A stretch of DNA of 63,557 nt, counting the filler, from Chiloscyllium plagiosum (taxonomy: Eukaryota), in NCBI RefSeq assembly GCF_004010195.1. It is 6 parts of one record of this genome, joined end to end, with 100 filler letters (N's around TTAATTAATTAA, not from the genome) between each part and the next. Parts side by side here need not be neighbours in the genome. Positions count along the whole stretch, not along the records: positions 1 to 12,907 come from NC_057712.1; positions 13,008 to 29,114 come from NC_057712.1; 4 more parts are not named here. One strand, given 5' to 3'. The translations under genes and the position numbers were made by a program. The notes beneath the pieces were generated by a model. The model had not been told where the DNA came from. It did not search any database and was given only the letters and a program-made list of their open reading frames with translations. Below, one piece after another: positions 12,160 through 25,499 of the stretch (position 1 is the first letter of the stretch; each line of letters begins with the position of its first letter).

Positions 12160-12907
12160 GAATCATAGAGATGTACAGCATGGAAACAGACCCTCCGGTC
12201 CAACCTGTCCATGCTGATCAGATATCCCAACCCAATCCAGTCCCACCCTTCCAGCACCTGGCCCATATCCCTCCAAACCCTTCCTATTCATATACCCATC
12301 CAAATGCCTCTTAAATGTTGCAATTGTACTAGCCTCCACCACATCCTCTGGCAGCTCATTCCATACACGTACCACCCTCTGCATGAAAAAGTTGCCTATA
12401 AGTCTATTTTATATCTTTCCCCTCTCTCCCTAAACCTATGCCCTCTAGTTCAGGACTCCCTGACCCCAGGAAAAAGTCTTTGTCTATTTATACTATCCAT
12501 GCCCCTCATAATTTTGTAAACCTCTATAAGGTCACCCCTCAGCCTCCAACGCTCCAGGGAAAACAGCCCCAACCTGTTCAACCTTTCCCTATAGCTCAAA
12601 TCCTCCAACCCTGGCAACTTCCTTGTAAATCTTTTCTGAACCCTTTCAAGTTTCACAACATCTTTCTGATAGGAAGGAGACCAGAACTGCACGCAATATT
12701 GCACCGGTGGTCTAACCAATGTCCTGTACAGCCACAACATGACCTCCCAACTCCTGTACTCAATACTCTGACCAATAAAGGAAAGCATACCAAACGCCTT
12801 CTTCACTATCCTATCTATCTGCGACTCCACTTTCAAGGAGCTATGAACCTGCACTCCAAGGTCTCTTTATTCAGCAACACTCCCTAGGACCTTACCATTA
12901 AATGTAT
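12160..12907 (-). mobile_element. CR1 (HER1-like) 3' end
   Basis: KKAFGMLSFIGQSIEYRSWEVMLWLYRTLVRP...YCVQFWSP...LERVQKRFTR; ctctatgattct tail. Confidence 0.95.
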
Positions 12908-13007
12908 NNNNNNNNNNNNNNNNNNNNNNNNNNNNNNNNNNNNNNNNNNNNTTAATTAATTAANNNNNNNNNNNNNNNNNNNNNNNNNNNNNNNNNNNNN
13001 NNNNNNN

Positions 13008-15776
13008 CTACCCTATTATTCTTACAGATAGCTGAGATCTCCTTTCAAGTTTGTTTCTCAATTTCCCTCTGGCTATTGGGGGGTCTATAATACAATCCCA
13101 ATAAGTTGATGATCCCTTTCTTATTTGTCAGTTCCACCCAAATAACTTCCCTGGATGTATTTCTGTGAATATCCTCCCTCAGCACAGCTGTAATGCTATC
13201 CCTTATCAAAAATGCCACCCCCCCTCCTCTCTTGCCTCCCTTTCTATCCTTCCTGTAGCATTTGTATCCTGGAACATTAAGCTGCCAGTCCTGCCCATCC
13301 CTGAGCCATGTTTCTGTAATTGCTATGATGTCCCAGTCCCATGTTCCTAACCATGCCATGAGTTCATCTACCTTCCCTGTTAGGCCCCTTACATTGAAAT
13401 AAATGCAGTTTAATTTATTAGTCCTACCTTGTCCCTGCCTGCCCTGTTTGACTCACTTCTGCTCTCAACTGTACCAGTCTCAGATTGATTTCTTTGCTCA
13501 CTATCTCCCTGGTCCCACCCCCCACCTTACTAGTTTAAATCCTCCCAAGCAGTTCTAGCAAATTTGCCTGCCAGTATATTAGTCCCCTTCCAATTTAGGT
13601 GCAATCCGTCCTTCTTATACAGGTCACTTACAATGATCCAAAAATGTAAATCCTTCTCCCATACACCAGCTCCTCAGCCATGCATTCATCTGCTCTATCC
13701 TCCTATTCCTGCCCTCACTAGCTCATAGCACTGGGAGTAATCCAGATATTACTACCCTTGAGGACCTCCTTTTTAAATTTCTGCCTAACTCTCTGTAATC
13801 TCCCTTCAGAATCTCAAACCTTTTCCCTTTCTATATCGTTGGTTCCGATGTGAACAATGACCTCTTGCTGGCCCCTCTCCCCCGTGAGAACATTCTGCAC
13901 CCGCTCTGAGACATCCTTGATCCTGGCACCAGGGAAACAACACACCATTCTGCTTTTTCACCGCTGGTCACAGAAATGTCTGTCTGTACCTCGGACTAGT
14001 GTGTGCCCTAATACAATTGATTTCTTGGAAACTGATGTACCCCTCGTTGCATTAGAGCCAGCCTCAGTACCAGAAACTTGGCTGTTCGTGCTACATTCCC
14101 CTGAGAATCCATCACCCCCTACATTTTCCAAAACAGCATACCTGTTTGAAATGGGTATCTCCACAAAAGACTCCTGCCCTAGGTGCCTCCCTCTCTTACC
14201 CTTCCTGGAGGTAACCCATCTATGTGACTGTATCTGAGACTTTCCCCTCTTCATATAACTGCCATCCATCACATACTGTTGCTGTTGCAATAGACAATAG
14301 ACAATAGGTGCAGGAGTAGGCCATTCTGCCCTTCGAGCCAGCACCACCATTCATTATGATCATGGCTGATCATTCCTCAATCAGTATCCTGTTCCTGCCT
14401 TATCCCCATAACCCTTGATTCCACTATCCTTAAGAGCTCTATCCAACTCTTTCTTGAAAGTATCCAGAGACTTGGCCTCCACAGCCTTCTGGGGCAGAGC
14501 ATTACACACACTCACCATTCTCTGGGTGAAGAAGTTTCTCCTCAACTCTGTCCTAAATGGCCTACCCCTTATTTTTAAACTGTGTCCTCTGATTCAGGAC
14601 TCACCCATCAGCGGAAACATGCTTCCTGCCTCCAGAGTGTCCAATCCTTTAATAATCTTATATGTCTCAATCAGATCCCCACTCAGCCTTCTAAACTCAA
14701 GGGTACACAAGCCCAGTCGCTCCAATCTTTCAGCGTAAGATAGTCCCGCCATTCCGGGAATTGACCTTGTGAACCTTCGCTGCACTCCCTCAATAGCCAG
14801 AATGTCTTTCCTCAAATTTGGAGACCAAAACTGCACACAATATTCCAGGTGCAGTCTCACCAGGGCCCTGTACAGCTGCAGAAGAACCTCTTTGCTTCTA
14901 TACTCAATTCCTCTTGTTATGAAGGCCAGCATGCTATTAGCTTTCTTCACTGTCTGCTGTACCTGCATGGTTGCTTTCATTGACTGATGTACAAGAACAC
15001 CTAGATCTCGTTGTACTGCCCTAAATTCCTCATCGCTTCTATCTGTCTCTCCAACCGATCCACTTGATCTGATAAGATTCGCATCCAATAGCATTTATTG
15101 CAGATATAATCTGCAGTAACCCTTAAACTCTCTTTAAACTCCCACATCTGACAAGAAGTACATATCACTGCAACGGCCATTTTTGCTGCTTCACAATCTA
15201 CAGACCCAGAAAATAACACAGTCTTATTCCTCTACAAACACTGCACCAAGTTAAATTAATAGCTATGGCTTATATTTTAAGTTTAATCAAGAGACTTATC
15301 TCCAAAAACATATAATCAAGAAAGAACCCACTGTACTCACTAATACAGCCTTTCTTTTGGACAGACTTAAAACAACAATTAACTTATCTGATTCTTTGTT
15401 GTGAACTTCACCCAAACTGGTTCCTCCAAGATTAGTTGTGAATTTCACTGTTTGTTAATTTTCCCAGATGCACTCCGATGTCTAGCGATACATGAAGTCA
15501 AAAACAGCAAAGGCAGTAACTGTGCAGGTTCTCTCTCTCCCCCTCTCCTGCACTGTCCTCAGCATGTGGTTCCTTTGTCTGTTCTTCTCATTTTAAAACT
15601 GCTGTTGTTTTGACTTTTTTTTCCCAAAGTTCCAAAACAATGCAACAGCATATGAAACAGTAATTGCTGCTCTTGGGCTTTGAGGAAATCACCTCCAGCA
15701 CTTAAAATACCTCAAAAAAAGGAGCAGCTCTTACAACCAGACATTTTCCCATCCTCCATCTTGGATTACCCAGAAC
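13008..15776 (-). mobile_element. CR1 5' half: 5' UTR, ORF1 (Cys finger, coiled coil, esterase-like region), ORF2 endonuclease
   Basis: ICTSCQMWE...YICNKC...DRLERQIEAMRNL; KSIVLGHTLVRGTDRHFC; WDIIAITETWL...LGLYYRPPNS. Confidence 0.9.
14289..15022 (-). mobile_element. 5'-truncated CR1 of a second subfamily, nested in ORF1 of the host CR1
   Basis: QRDLGVLVHQSMKATMQVQQ...LEYCVQFWSP; (ctattgt)n tail. The host ORF1 rejoins across it (RNL/QQQQY). Confidence 0.92.
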
Positions 15777-15854
15777 TTACTGACAACTGCAAATTACTTT
15801 ACTGGTAGGCATCATACTTGGAAGTATGTGTAGCACCATTAAGTCACTTTTCCA

Positions 15855-17480
15855 TCTCATAGAGTCATAGAGTCATACAGCACAGAAATAGACCCTTCAA
15901 TCCAACCAGTCCATGCCAAACATAATCCCAAACTAAACTAGCCTGCTCCTGGCTGATATCCCTCCAAACTCTTTCTATTGATGCACTTATCTAAATGTCT
16001 TTTAAACATTGTAATTGTGCCCACATCCACCACTTTCTCAGCAAGTTCATTTCATATGCAAACCACCCTCTGTGCAAAAAAAATTGTCCCTCATGTCTAT
16101 TTAAATCTCTCACCTCTCACCTTAAAACTGTGTCCTCTATCTTCGAATCTCCCATCCCGGAGAAAAGACAACTACCATTAACTCTATCTATATCCCTCAT
16201 TATTATGCTGACAATGATAAAGCATCCACAAACTGGTTGAAAATCCAGAAGTTCATAGCCCTTTAAGTGAAGAGTTTTCTTCTCTTCTCAATTCTTTTTT
16301 TAAAAAAATCACACCTTTAACCTGTGTTGTAGCTTCCACATGCCATGGAATATAATCCCAGTCTCTACCTTGTCAAAATTGTGATCTGTCCCTGTAACCA
16401 TAGTGTAAGATTAAACCTGCTAGGATAAGGGTGAACAGCAAGCCGCCAGGATATTAATGATGGCAACTTGAGGAGAAACATTTTTACACAATGAGTTTGG
16501 ATCTATAATGCATTGCCTGAGACTGTGGTGGAGGCAGATACAATTAAAGCCTTTGAAAGAGAATTGATTACTCATCTGGAAAAAAAGAAGTTGCAGGTTG
16601 CTTGGGACTAGGTGAGTTACTCTTAAGAAAATTCAACAAGAATAAGCCACTCAGCCCTTTGAGTCTGCTCTGCCATTCAGTAAGATCATGGCTGATCTGA
16701 TTTTAACCTCAACTCTATATGTCTGCATATCTCCGATAGTCAGTCTTTCACCCCTAAGTTAACAAGAATCTATCTAACTCCTCCTTAAAATACCTAAAGG
16801 TTATGCATACACTGCCTTTTGAGGAAGGAAGTTCCAAAGACTCAGAACCCTTTGAGAAAAAAAGCTTTCCTCATCTGTCTTAGTGAGTGACCCTCATTTT
16901 TAAGCTATGACTTCTAGTTCTACATTCTCCCACAAGTGGAAACATCCTTTCCATATCCACCTGGTCATGACCCCTTAGGGTCATCTCTGACTCTTCTAAA
17001 TGCTACAAGATATAGGCCTAACCCTGTCACTATTTCTTCAAACAGCAATTCACTCATTCTAGGTATTAGTATCCAGTGCATTAACACCTTGTTTTATGTA
17101 TGGTGACCAATACCATACACAGTCTCACCAATGCCCTATATTGAAGCATTACTTTTATATTCTTGTATTCAATTCCCCTCACACTAAACCATAGCATTCT
17201 ATTAACTTTTCTGATTACTTGCTGTACCTACATACTAACCTACTGTGATTCATGCACTCGGACACGCAGATCTTTCTGCAACTGAGAGCTCTGTAACATC
17301 TCACCATTTAGATTATCTGCTTCTTTATTCTTTTTGCCAACATGGATAATTTCACATTTTCCCACATTATACTCCATTTGCCAGATCTTTGCTACATGCT
17401 TAATCTACCTTTCCCCTTTGTAAGCTCCTTATGTCCTTTTCACAACTCACTTTCCTATATATCTTTGTGTCACTTCTTGC
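15855..17480 (-). mobile_element. Cluster of CR1 3' fragments (mostly minus strand)
   Basis: catagagtcatagagtcat tail and CR1 RT C-terminal sequence; decayed. Confidence 0.75.
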
Positions 17481-17715
17481 AGAGAACTGATATGGACCTC
17501 TTGGTTTGAATGGCCTTCTTTTGTTCTGTAACCATTTTATGAACCTATGGTTTCTCTTTGGTCACTTTGATTACACAAGGTTAATTTCCAAATTTATTCC
17601 AGCATTACTCTGACAAATTAACATGATAATCTTGGTGCTAAATGTTTGGTTCTGATTATAGTTAATTTGAGACAGATCTAATTTCCTATTACTACTTATT
17701 TTATAGAAGAAAGCT

Positions 17716-17813
17716 TCATGCAAATAGATCACAAAAGAATTCGGTAGGATCCAAATCCAACTCATTTTCCTGAAACCCACTTGTTACAGAATTACATTCC
17801 CCTGAGTTTGGTG
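17716..17813 (-). other. Candidate terminal coding exon, unassigned
   Basis: Acceptor tttttaattacag, then (x)PNSGECNSVTSGFQENELDLDPTEFFCDLFA*, in repeat-free DNA. Confidence 0.3.
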
Positions 17814-18096
17814 CTGTAATTAAAAACACTCAACCAACGTAAATCTGAGAAATGATACAATCTTACTTATTGTTTGTGCCGATATTTTTCTCTCAATGAG
17901 TTTAATTAAATCTGAATTATTCAGTCTCAGAAATAAGGGATCCATCCAGGACAAAACACAAAACATGTGGTGGCCTTGACTGCTTAAGATAAGGCAGTTT
18001 CTGTGTACATTTACTCTTTGTACTCTTCAAGAATGTTAGAAATGTTGATAAAGCAATCAGTGCTGTTGGTCACTTGAGGGGTGCCAATAATCTTAC

Positions 18097-18198
18097 CAGG
18101 TTTTTGAACTGTTTACACGGCTCATATGAAACAATGTATTTAGATATCTGAAAGTGGCAACATTTCCCGCTGCAGCTGTAGAGTTATCAAAATGTGAT
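18097..18198 (-). other. Candidate internal exon (102 nt), unassigned
   Basis: Acceptor tttttctctcatttgttttcactgcag; donor CTG/gtaaga; one open frame SHFDNSTAAAGNVATFRYLNTLFHMSRVNSSKT. Confidence 0.35.
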
Positions 18199-18429
18199 CT
18201 GCAGTGAAAACAAATGAGAGAAAAACAACGCTATACTTCAGTAATTCCAGGTTTGGTACTTTGGTTGGGCGAGTGAGCAGACAGACAAATCGACAACACC
18301 TTAAAATAAGTCTACATTTCAGCAAAATAATAGATAAATCTGGCCCAGAATTATGCTGTAGGTAAGCAGCTCGCGGCATACCCTATCAGCTGATCTTCAC
18401 ACTGCTGTAAGTATGAATTGAATATACAA

Positions 18430-20040
18430 TCCATCAATTATCATGCTTTTATGAAGGGTGAATCAGATTTGATTAATTTGCTAGAGTTCGTTTAAGATGT
18501 AACAAGCAAAATGAATAATGGGGATTCTGTAGATTCAGTACATCTGGACTTCCAGAAGGTATTTGATAAAGTGATGCACAAAATATTTACAATATTAAGA
18601 TCTCATGGGGTTGAGGATAATTTATTAGCTTATAGAGAATTGGCTTACCAACAGAAAACAGAAAGTCGGGATAAATGGATAAGTGTGAGGTTTGGTATTG
18701 ATGAGGTTATATCAATGGGAGGGTGAGCTGTTTTCCTTTAGGGAAGGAAACCTGCATTCTTACCCGATATGGTGTAATCATGTCTTCAATCCAATGCTAG
18801 AATAACTGCTACCTTCTCTCCAAAGCAGCCCGAAGACCATCAGTCGCATCACAGGGCAGCTAGGGAAGGGTAATCAATATTACATGCGGCAATGCCCACA
18901 TCCCAAAAATGAAAGAAAGCATTTAATATTTTGATCAAAATATGCATGTGTTATTTTGTTTTAAAGTTTATTTGGAGAACATGGATGACACTGACATGGC
19001 TTTATTTATTCCCCATGGGCAATTCCTTGAGAAGGTGTAGGGTCTTCTCCTTGACAAACAGCAAATTTGTCCTGGTAGCATCAACATGGCCCAGCAATAT
19101 AAAAGCAAAATACTGCAGATGCTGGATATCAGACAGTGCTGGAGAAACTCAGTAGGTCTGTCAGCATCTGTGGAGAAAGAAACAGCCTTAACAAATATGA
19201 GTATAATGTGACTCTTTGCTGTTCAGTATACATAGTTTTACCACAGAGAGTTACGTGGAAACTTCAGATCATAAGATATTAAGACATAACAGCATTCAAT
19301 GCTTCCCCCTTCAATAAAATCATGGCTGATCTGATATTATTCAAATAAAAGCAAAATACTGTGGATGCTGGAAGTCTGAAACAAACACTAAGAATGCTGG
19401 AGAAACTCAGCAGATCTGGCAGCATTGGTGGAGTGAGAAACAGAATTAACATTTCAAATACAGAATGGCTGTTGGTCAAAGACACTGCCACGAGGGGAAG
19501 CAACCGCTCCACACCTACCCTCTTATGTTCCATAAACATCTTACATGTTTCGATAAGGTTATCACTCGTTCTTCTAAACTTGAATGAGTATGAACCCAAC
19601 CAACTCAACCTCTCTTCATAAAAAAATCCCTCCATACCCAGAATCAGCCTATTAAAACTTCTTGGGACTGCCTTCATTGCCAGAATAGCCTTTCTTAGAT
19701 AAAGCTGTTCACAATATTCCAGGTATGGTCTGACAAGTGCCTCCTTATAGTTTTAGCAAGACCTTCCTATTTTAATGCACAATTTCCTTTCAAAAAAAAA
19801 CCTAACGTTCTATTTGCCTTCTCTATCGCCCATTGAACTGGATAAAAATGTGACAAGGGGAATTATTTTCTGAGGAAGGTTCCATTGGAATTTAGAACAA
19901 TGAGAGGTGATCTTATTAAAACATATAAGATCCTGAGGGAACATGAAAGGTGGATGATGAAACAATGTGGGAAAGATTAGAACTAGTGTTCACAGTTTAG
20001 AAACAGGAGTCTCACATTTAAGACTAAGATGGTCATCCCT
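18430..20040. mobile_element. Mixed decayed CR1, SINE and Penelope-tail fragments
   Basis: DSVHLDFQKVFDKV; EERLSWLGSYSFKFRR; aaagcaaaatactg...gatgctgg tails at about 19100 and 19345. Confidence 0.7.
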
Positions 20041-20092
20041 CAGACCATGGAACTGCAGCAGAGGGAAAATAGGTGACCACCAGGCAGAGAAA

Positions 20093-20434
20093 AGTTCATG
20101 GAATCTCTACATTGTGGAAACAGGCCCTTTGGCCTAACAAGTCTACACCAACCCTCCAAAGAGCAAACAATCCAGACCCATTCCCCTACACTTACCCCTG
20201 ACAAATGCACCTAACCTACACATCCCTGAACACTATGGGCAATTTAGCATAGCCAATTCACCTGACCTGTACATCTTTGGACTGTGGGAGGAAACCGGAG
20301 CACCCAGATGAAACCCACACAGACACAGGGAGAACATGCAAACTCCACACAGATAGTCACCCGAGGCTGGAATTGAATCCAGGTTCCTGGCGCTGTGAGG
20401 CAGCAGTGCTAACTACTGAGCCACCGTGCTGCCC
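20093..20434 (-). mobile_element. V-SINE (HE1-like), full length
   Basis: tRNA-like head gggcagcacggtggctcagtagttagc...ggattcaattcc; V-domain tgtgtggagtttgcatgttctcc...tccggtttcctcccacagtccaaagatg; CR1-like tail. Confidence 0.92.
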
Positions 20435-21059
20435 TTGAAAAGGATGAGGCTGACAGATATGAAAGCCCCTGAGGGCATCCCTTTCAATAAACATTTTTCT
20501 GTTTGTGCATGTATGGTGGACTGTCCCTTTACAGTACGATCATGGGATGTAATGATAGTGTCATTGACTGCTTTGGACTCGACAAACAGTTCTTTCTAAC
20601 TTTGCTACCTGTCAACTGAACACCTCCACAATAAAGATCCTGATGTTTAACACTTAAGCCTTTCCTGGGACTTAATACAAGAAGAAAACTGGTGAAAAGG
20701 ATAAAAATTGCTTTGAGATCCACTGAGTCAACTCACTGATTCATCAATTAAAGGAATCATTATCCTCATTGTTGATCTCAGAAGCACTTCAATAAAAAGA
20801 GAATAAATCAAAAGATGCTATCGCTGAACTGAAGCAGGTACAATCAGCAGCCAAAACAGATTCAGTCCAGAGAGAGGGTGAACAGTACAGAAGCAGTTCA
20901 CCGTATACTCCACCTTCAAGGAACACTCTGAGTAAAAAGTACCCTACACAAAGGGAAATGTTTTAAGCTTGGGATATAGTCACAGAATAAAACAGGCAGC
21001 CTTAGGAATATCATGTTTTAAGAAAATATGAGGTTATGCTAAACTTCCATGGTACATTC

Positions 21060-22010
21060 TGCTACAAAGGTCCTTTTCATTTTAAAAAAAGGGTGGGAAA
21101 TGGTGGTGTCTTGGGACCATATAAAGAAAATACAGAGAGCTGGAACTCATATAGAAAGAGATTTCATTACATTGTTCAAGCTAACAAAATGACAGCAGGT
21201 ATTGTTATCCTTGCACTCCTGTGTGTTACGGGAGTAAGGTTTTATAATCTCCTGAAGAGTCTGACACAGCCAGAAAAGCTGGGTTCCAACATTTCTGAAG
21301 AAGTAATAGAAATCCTACAGAAACATTTTTGTGATTGCTGAAAGGTTCAAATTTCACAAATGACAACTAGCATATTGGTGAATATATCTCCCAGTCTGTA
21401 GCGATTTTAAAGAAGCTAGCGGAAATCTGTGAACTTAAATCAGAGACAGACAGGTGTGTGGTTTAAGATGTTAGTCAATCCAGAAAAGGTTATTGACAGA
21501 AAGGAATCTGGACTTTAAAAATGTAGTCATGATTCAGAGATGCCAGTGTTGGACTGGGGTGTATAAAGTTAAAAATCACACAACACCAGGTTATAGTCCA
21601 ACAGGTTTAATTGGAAGCACACTAGCTTTTGGAGCGACGCTCCTTCATCAGGTGATTGTGGAGGGCTCGATCGTAACACAGAATTTATAGCAAAAATTTG
21701 CAGTGTGATGTAACTGAAATTATACATTGAAGAATTGATTGTCTGTTAAGCCTTTCATCTGTTAGAATACAGTGATAGTTTCAGTGATAGTGAAAATTAG
21801 AGTTCATAAAATGGTGACAGCGATGAGTACCGATGCCTACTCAAAACTGCTATTGGTGTTGCAAAACAGGTCATGCAGCAGCGAATTGCTAGTTTAAAGA
21901 AACTGTTGCAAAAAAGGGCACACTGAAAGACTGTGTTTGAGGAAATAAAAAAGTACAACATATAGGAAGAATCCGGAAAAGTGGGAAAAAAAACTACACG
22001 TTAAGGACCT
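21060..22010 (+). pseudogene. gag: Gypsy (Mag-like) gag, decayed
   Basis: GPYKENTESWNSYRKRFHYIVQAN...GVRFYNLLKSLTQPEK...ILQKHF, then VIAERFKFHK...LKKLAEICE. Confidence 0.85.
21533..21790 (-). mobile_element. Tail of a second Penelope family inserted in gag
   Basis: Reverse complement of about 56200-56455; includes a hammerhead-like motif at 21622-21652. Confidence 0.85.
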
Positions 22011-22014
22011 CACC

Positions 22015-23790
22015 ACACCCAGCTCCACACAAATTTCCTATTTATCTTTGAGTGGATCTTGTCGTTCTGTAGCTATCCTCCTGTTCCTTATATTTGTGGA
22101 AAATACTTTGAGACTTTCATTTGAGACTGTTTGTCAAGGAGATTTCATGGCCCATTTTAGCCCTTCTAATTCCTTGTTTATATTCTTTCCTGGTATATTT
22201 GTATTCTTTTGAGGATTCTGTCTATCTTTAGTTTCTTAAACTTTATGTATGCTTCCTTTATCTTCTTGACCAAGCTCTCAATTTCTCTTATCATACAAGG
22301 TTCCCGAATTCTGTCAACCTTATCCTTCACGTTCACAGGAACATACTGATCCTGATCAAATCAAATCAACTGGCCTTTAAAAGATTCCCACATGCCAGAT
22401 GTGGAATCGCCCTCACACAGCTGCTCCCAGTCTACATTTCCCCAGTTCCTGCCTAACATTGTGGTGGTTAGCCTTGCCCCAGTTTTCTACTTTCATCCAA
22501 GGACTACTCTTCTCCTTATCCAGGAGTAACTTAAAAATTACAAAATTACTGTCACTTTTCCTGAAATGTTGATTATCTGACTGGCTCATTCCCCAATACT
22601 AGGTTTAGCGCGCCCCGTTCCCTAGTTGGATTATTTACATATTGTTTCAAAAAACTGTACTAGGCACACTGAATAAGTACCCTCCCATTCAAGCCCCTGG
22701 CACTAAGCAAGTCACAGTCAATACAGAGGAAGTGAAAATCACCCATCACAACAATCATGTTGTTCTTATGTTTTTCCATAATCTGGCCACATATGTATTC
22801 CTCTATCACTCATTGGCTGTGGGAAGCCGTAGTACAATCCCAAAGTGATGGCACCCTTCATCTTCCTGAACTCCACTCATATGACCTCTCTTGATGAGCC
22901 TCAAAGGTGCCCTCCCTCAGTACAGCTGTGACATTCTCCTTTGTCAGTGATGCAACTCCCCCACCTCTTTTACAACCCTCTCTATCTCACTTGAAACATC
23001 TAAATCCTGGAATATTAAGCTGCCAGTCTTGGTCCTCTCTCAAACAAATCTCTGTAATAGCTGCAAGATTACAATTATCTGTATTAATCTAAGCTGTAAT
23101 TTCATCTGCCTTACCTGTCATACTTCTCACATTAAAACAAACACACCTCAGACTACCAATCCCGCCATCTTCGATAACCTGTCCCTGTGTGTTCTTCCTC
23201 TTAGTCTGACTGACCTTAGTCTCAGACTCCTCCTTGGTTATTTTACTTGCTTACCTGTGGTACCTAACCCCTGTGCATTAGTTTAAATCCTCCCAAGTGG
23301 CACTAGCAAATGATGATTTTGGTGCCCTCCATTTTAGTTTCATCCTGTCTTTCTTGTATAGGTTCCACCTGCCCCGGGGACATCCCAATGATCCACAGGT
23401 GCGAAGCTCTCCATCCTATACCAGCTCTTTAACCAGGTGTTTATCTGTACAGTCAGTTCGATATAACGCATAGCGCCGTTCTTGTGCGATCTTGAGTTAT
23501 AAGAAAATAGCATGATAGCTGAAAGGAACTAGCATTTGCTCTAATGGGGTCGGCATTGCATTATAGCCAATACAGATAAGGAAAGTTTGCGTCTATAAAT
23601 AATGGTCTGAATTCTTCAATTGCATTAAAGCCAATTCACGTTGAAGAAACACACGTTGTAACAGAACAGACTACTATTTTCCTATTTTCCTAGCCTCACT
23701 GGCATGTGACACAGGAAGTAATCCAAAGATTATGACCCTGTAAGTCCTGCTTTCCAACTTTCCACCTAGATTCCTGAACTCCCTTTGTCC
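22015..23790 (-). mobile_element. Decayed CR1 5' region inserted in the Gypsy element
   Basis: Colinear with 13008-13800 (ccctcagtacagctgt, cctggaatattaagctgccagtc, tagtttaaatcctcccaag). Confidence 0.8.
23450..23673. mobile_element. Tigger/pogo-like MITE
   Basis: TA + cagtcagttcgatataacgc ... acgttgtaacagaacagacta; imperfect TIRs; interrupts CR1. Confidence 0.65.
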
Positions 23791-25330
23791 CTACACATTG
23801 CAAAAGGAAATTTTTCAGCTTTATTGGGAAGAAAGTGGTTGGAGAAAATTAAACTCAATTGGGCTGAAGTAAATTGCTTGTTAAGCTCTGAGAGTGATCT
23901 ATTACAATTTCTAAAGAAAACGTGCCATTGTTTTCAATGGGGATCTGGGTAGCATGAAAAAGACTCGTGTTAAATTGAAAATCAAGAATGAGAATCAAGC
24001 AAAATCTTGCAAGGCTAGATCAGTGCCTTATCCAATCAGACCAAAGGTTGAGGCAGATTTAGAGAGGCTGGTCAAGATGTGAGGCCTTGAACCCGTAGTG
24101 TTTAGACCATGCCTATCATACTAGTAATGAAGAAAGAGGGGCTGGTACACATCTATGGTGATTTTCAAATCACTATTGATCCACTACTGTGTGCTGTGCA
24201 GTATCCGTTGCCTTTAATAGATGACTGATTTACTAGACTAGCTGCAGGGTCAGCTTTTCAGTAAAATTGAACTGAGTCAAGCCTTTCTCTAGATGAACAT
24301 AAATCTGCATCTTAGAAATACTTGATTTAAACACAAAGCACTATTCAAATACCAGACATTACATTTGGAAATCATATTTGCATCTGCACTTTTCCACCAT
24401 GCCGTGGATTGGATTTTAAGTGGACTGGAGGGAGTTCAGTGTTAGTTAGAAAATATTTTAGTCATGGAGAGAAATGAAAAAGAATATTTCAGCAATTTAG
24501 ATGCTACTCTGCAGAGACCTTAAGACCAAGAGTGAGGGAAGTTAAATGTGATTTTTTTTTTAAAAAACCTTCCATAAAATATTTAAGCCATCACTGATGA
24601 TAAGGGGAACACAAGTCACCTTCAAAAGGTAAAAGCCATATCTGAGGCACCAGCACTGAACATGTAAATGAGCTATGATCATTTTTGGGTTTACCAAATT
24701 ACTATGGCAACTTTGTCCCAAATCTTGCAACCATTCCCACAATGTATTATGCCAAAACAAGAGTTGGAAACAGGAAGGTCAACGTGGAAGACCCTTTACA
24801 GAAATCAAATGGGTTTTATTAAAGTTAGAAGTCCTGTTTCATTTTGAATCAAAGTTACCATTGTAACTCGCATCATTGTATGGAGTGGGAGCAGTTGTTT
24901 CTCATATATTAACCAATGGTGAAGAGAAGCCAAAAGCTTTTGCATCAAGATCATTAAACAAAACAGAAATGAACTGTGCACAGGTAGAGAAAGAAAGTTT
25001 AGGAATCATTTTTGGCATTAGACAATTCCACCAATACCTGTATGGGAATTTACTCTGCTAACAGACCAGAGTCCATTGACTGCAATATTTGGGCCTAATT
25101 GACGAATACCTTCTCTAGCAGTGAGCCATATTGCAGAAGGCAGCGTTGTTGCAATCAGCTCACACTTATACAATTAAGTATTGGCAATTTTACTTACATA
25201 GGAATACTGATGGACTCACCTTTGCCAAATAAGTCAACTATAAACAATAGACATTTTCTACTTTGAACAAATAGAGTACACTCCGGTAATGGCAGAACAA
25301 GTTAAGAAGTACATTAGAAATGATCCACTG
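23790..25330 (+). pseudogene. pol: Gypsy pol (protease end, RT, RNase H), decayed
   Basis: LHIAKGNFSALLGRKWLEKIKLNW; IYGDFQITIDP...QYPLPLIDD; YGVGAVVSH...KAFASRSLNKTE...QVEKESLGIIFGIRQFHQYLYG. Confidence 0.92.
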
Positions 25331-25499
25331 GAGGGATCCAAGGTGGCGGCGACCCAGCAAGTCTGAGTCTATAGGGCTCCTCCCAATACTTGGGCAAAGT
25401 GGGTCACCCACCCCCCCACACTCACCAAATCATTTAAATAGCTGTTTAATTTAATTAGTTGCTTAGTATTAAATTTAAACAATCTAATCTTTAGTAAAA

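Noticed and set aside
12952..12963. TTAATTAATTAA palindrome, recurring at 29159, 38665, 52795 and 58883
   Set aside because: Always centred in a 100-base N block, so it is an artificial six-frame-stop scaffolding linker. True gap size and adjacency across these points are unknown.
20548..21050. Possible 5' LTR of the Gypsy element
   Set aside because: No partner LTR, PBS or TSD could be identified.
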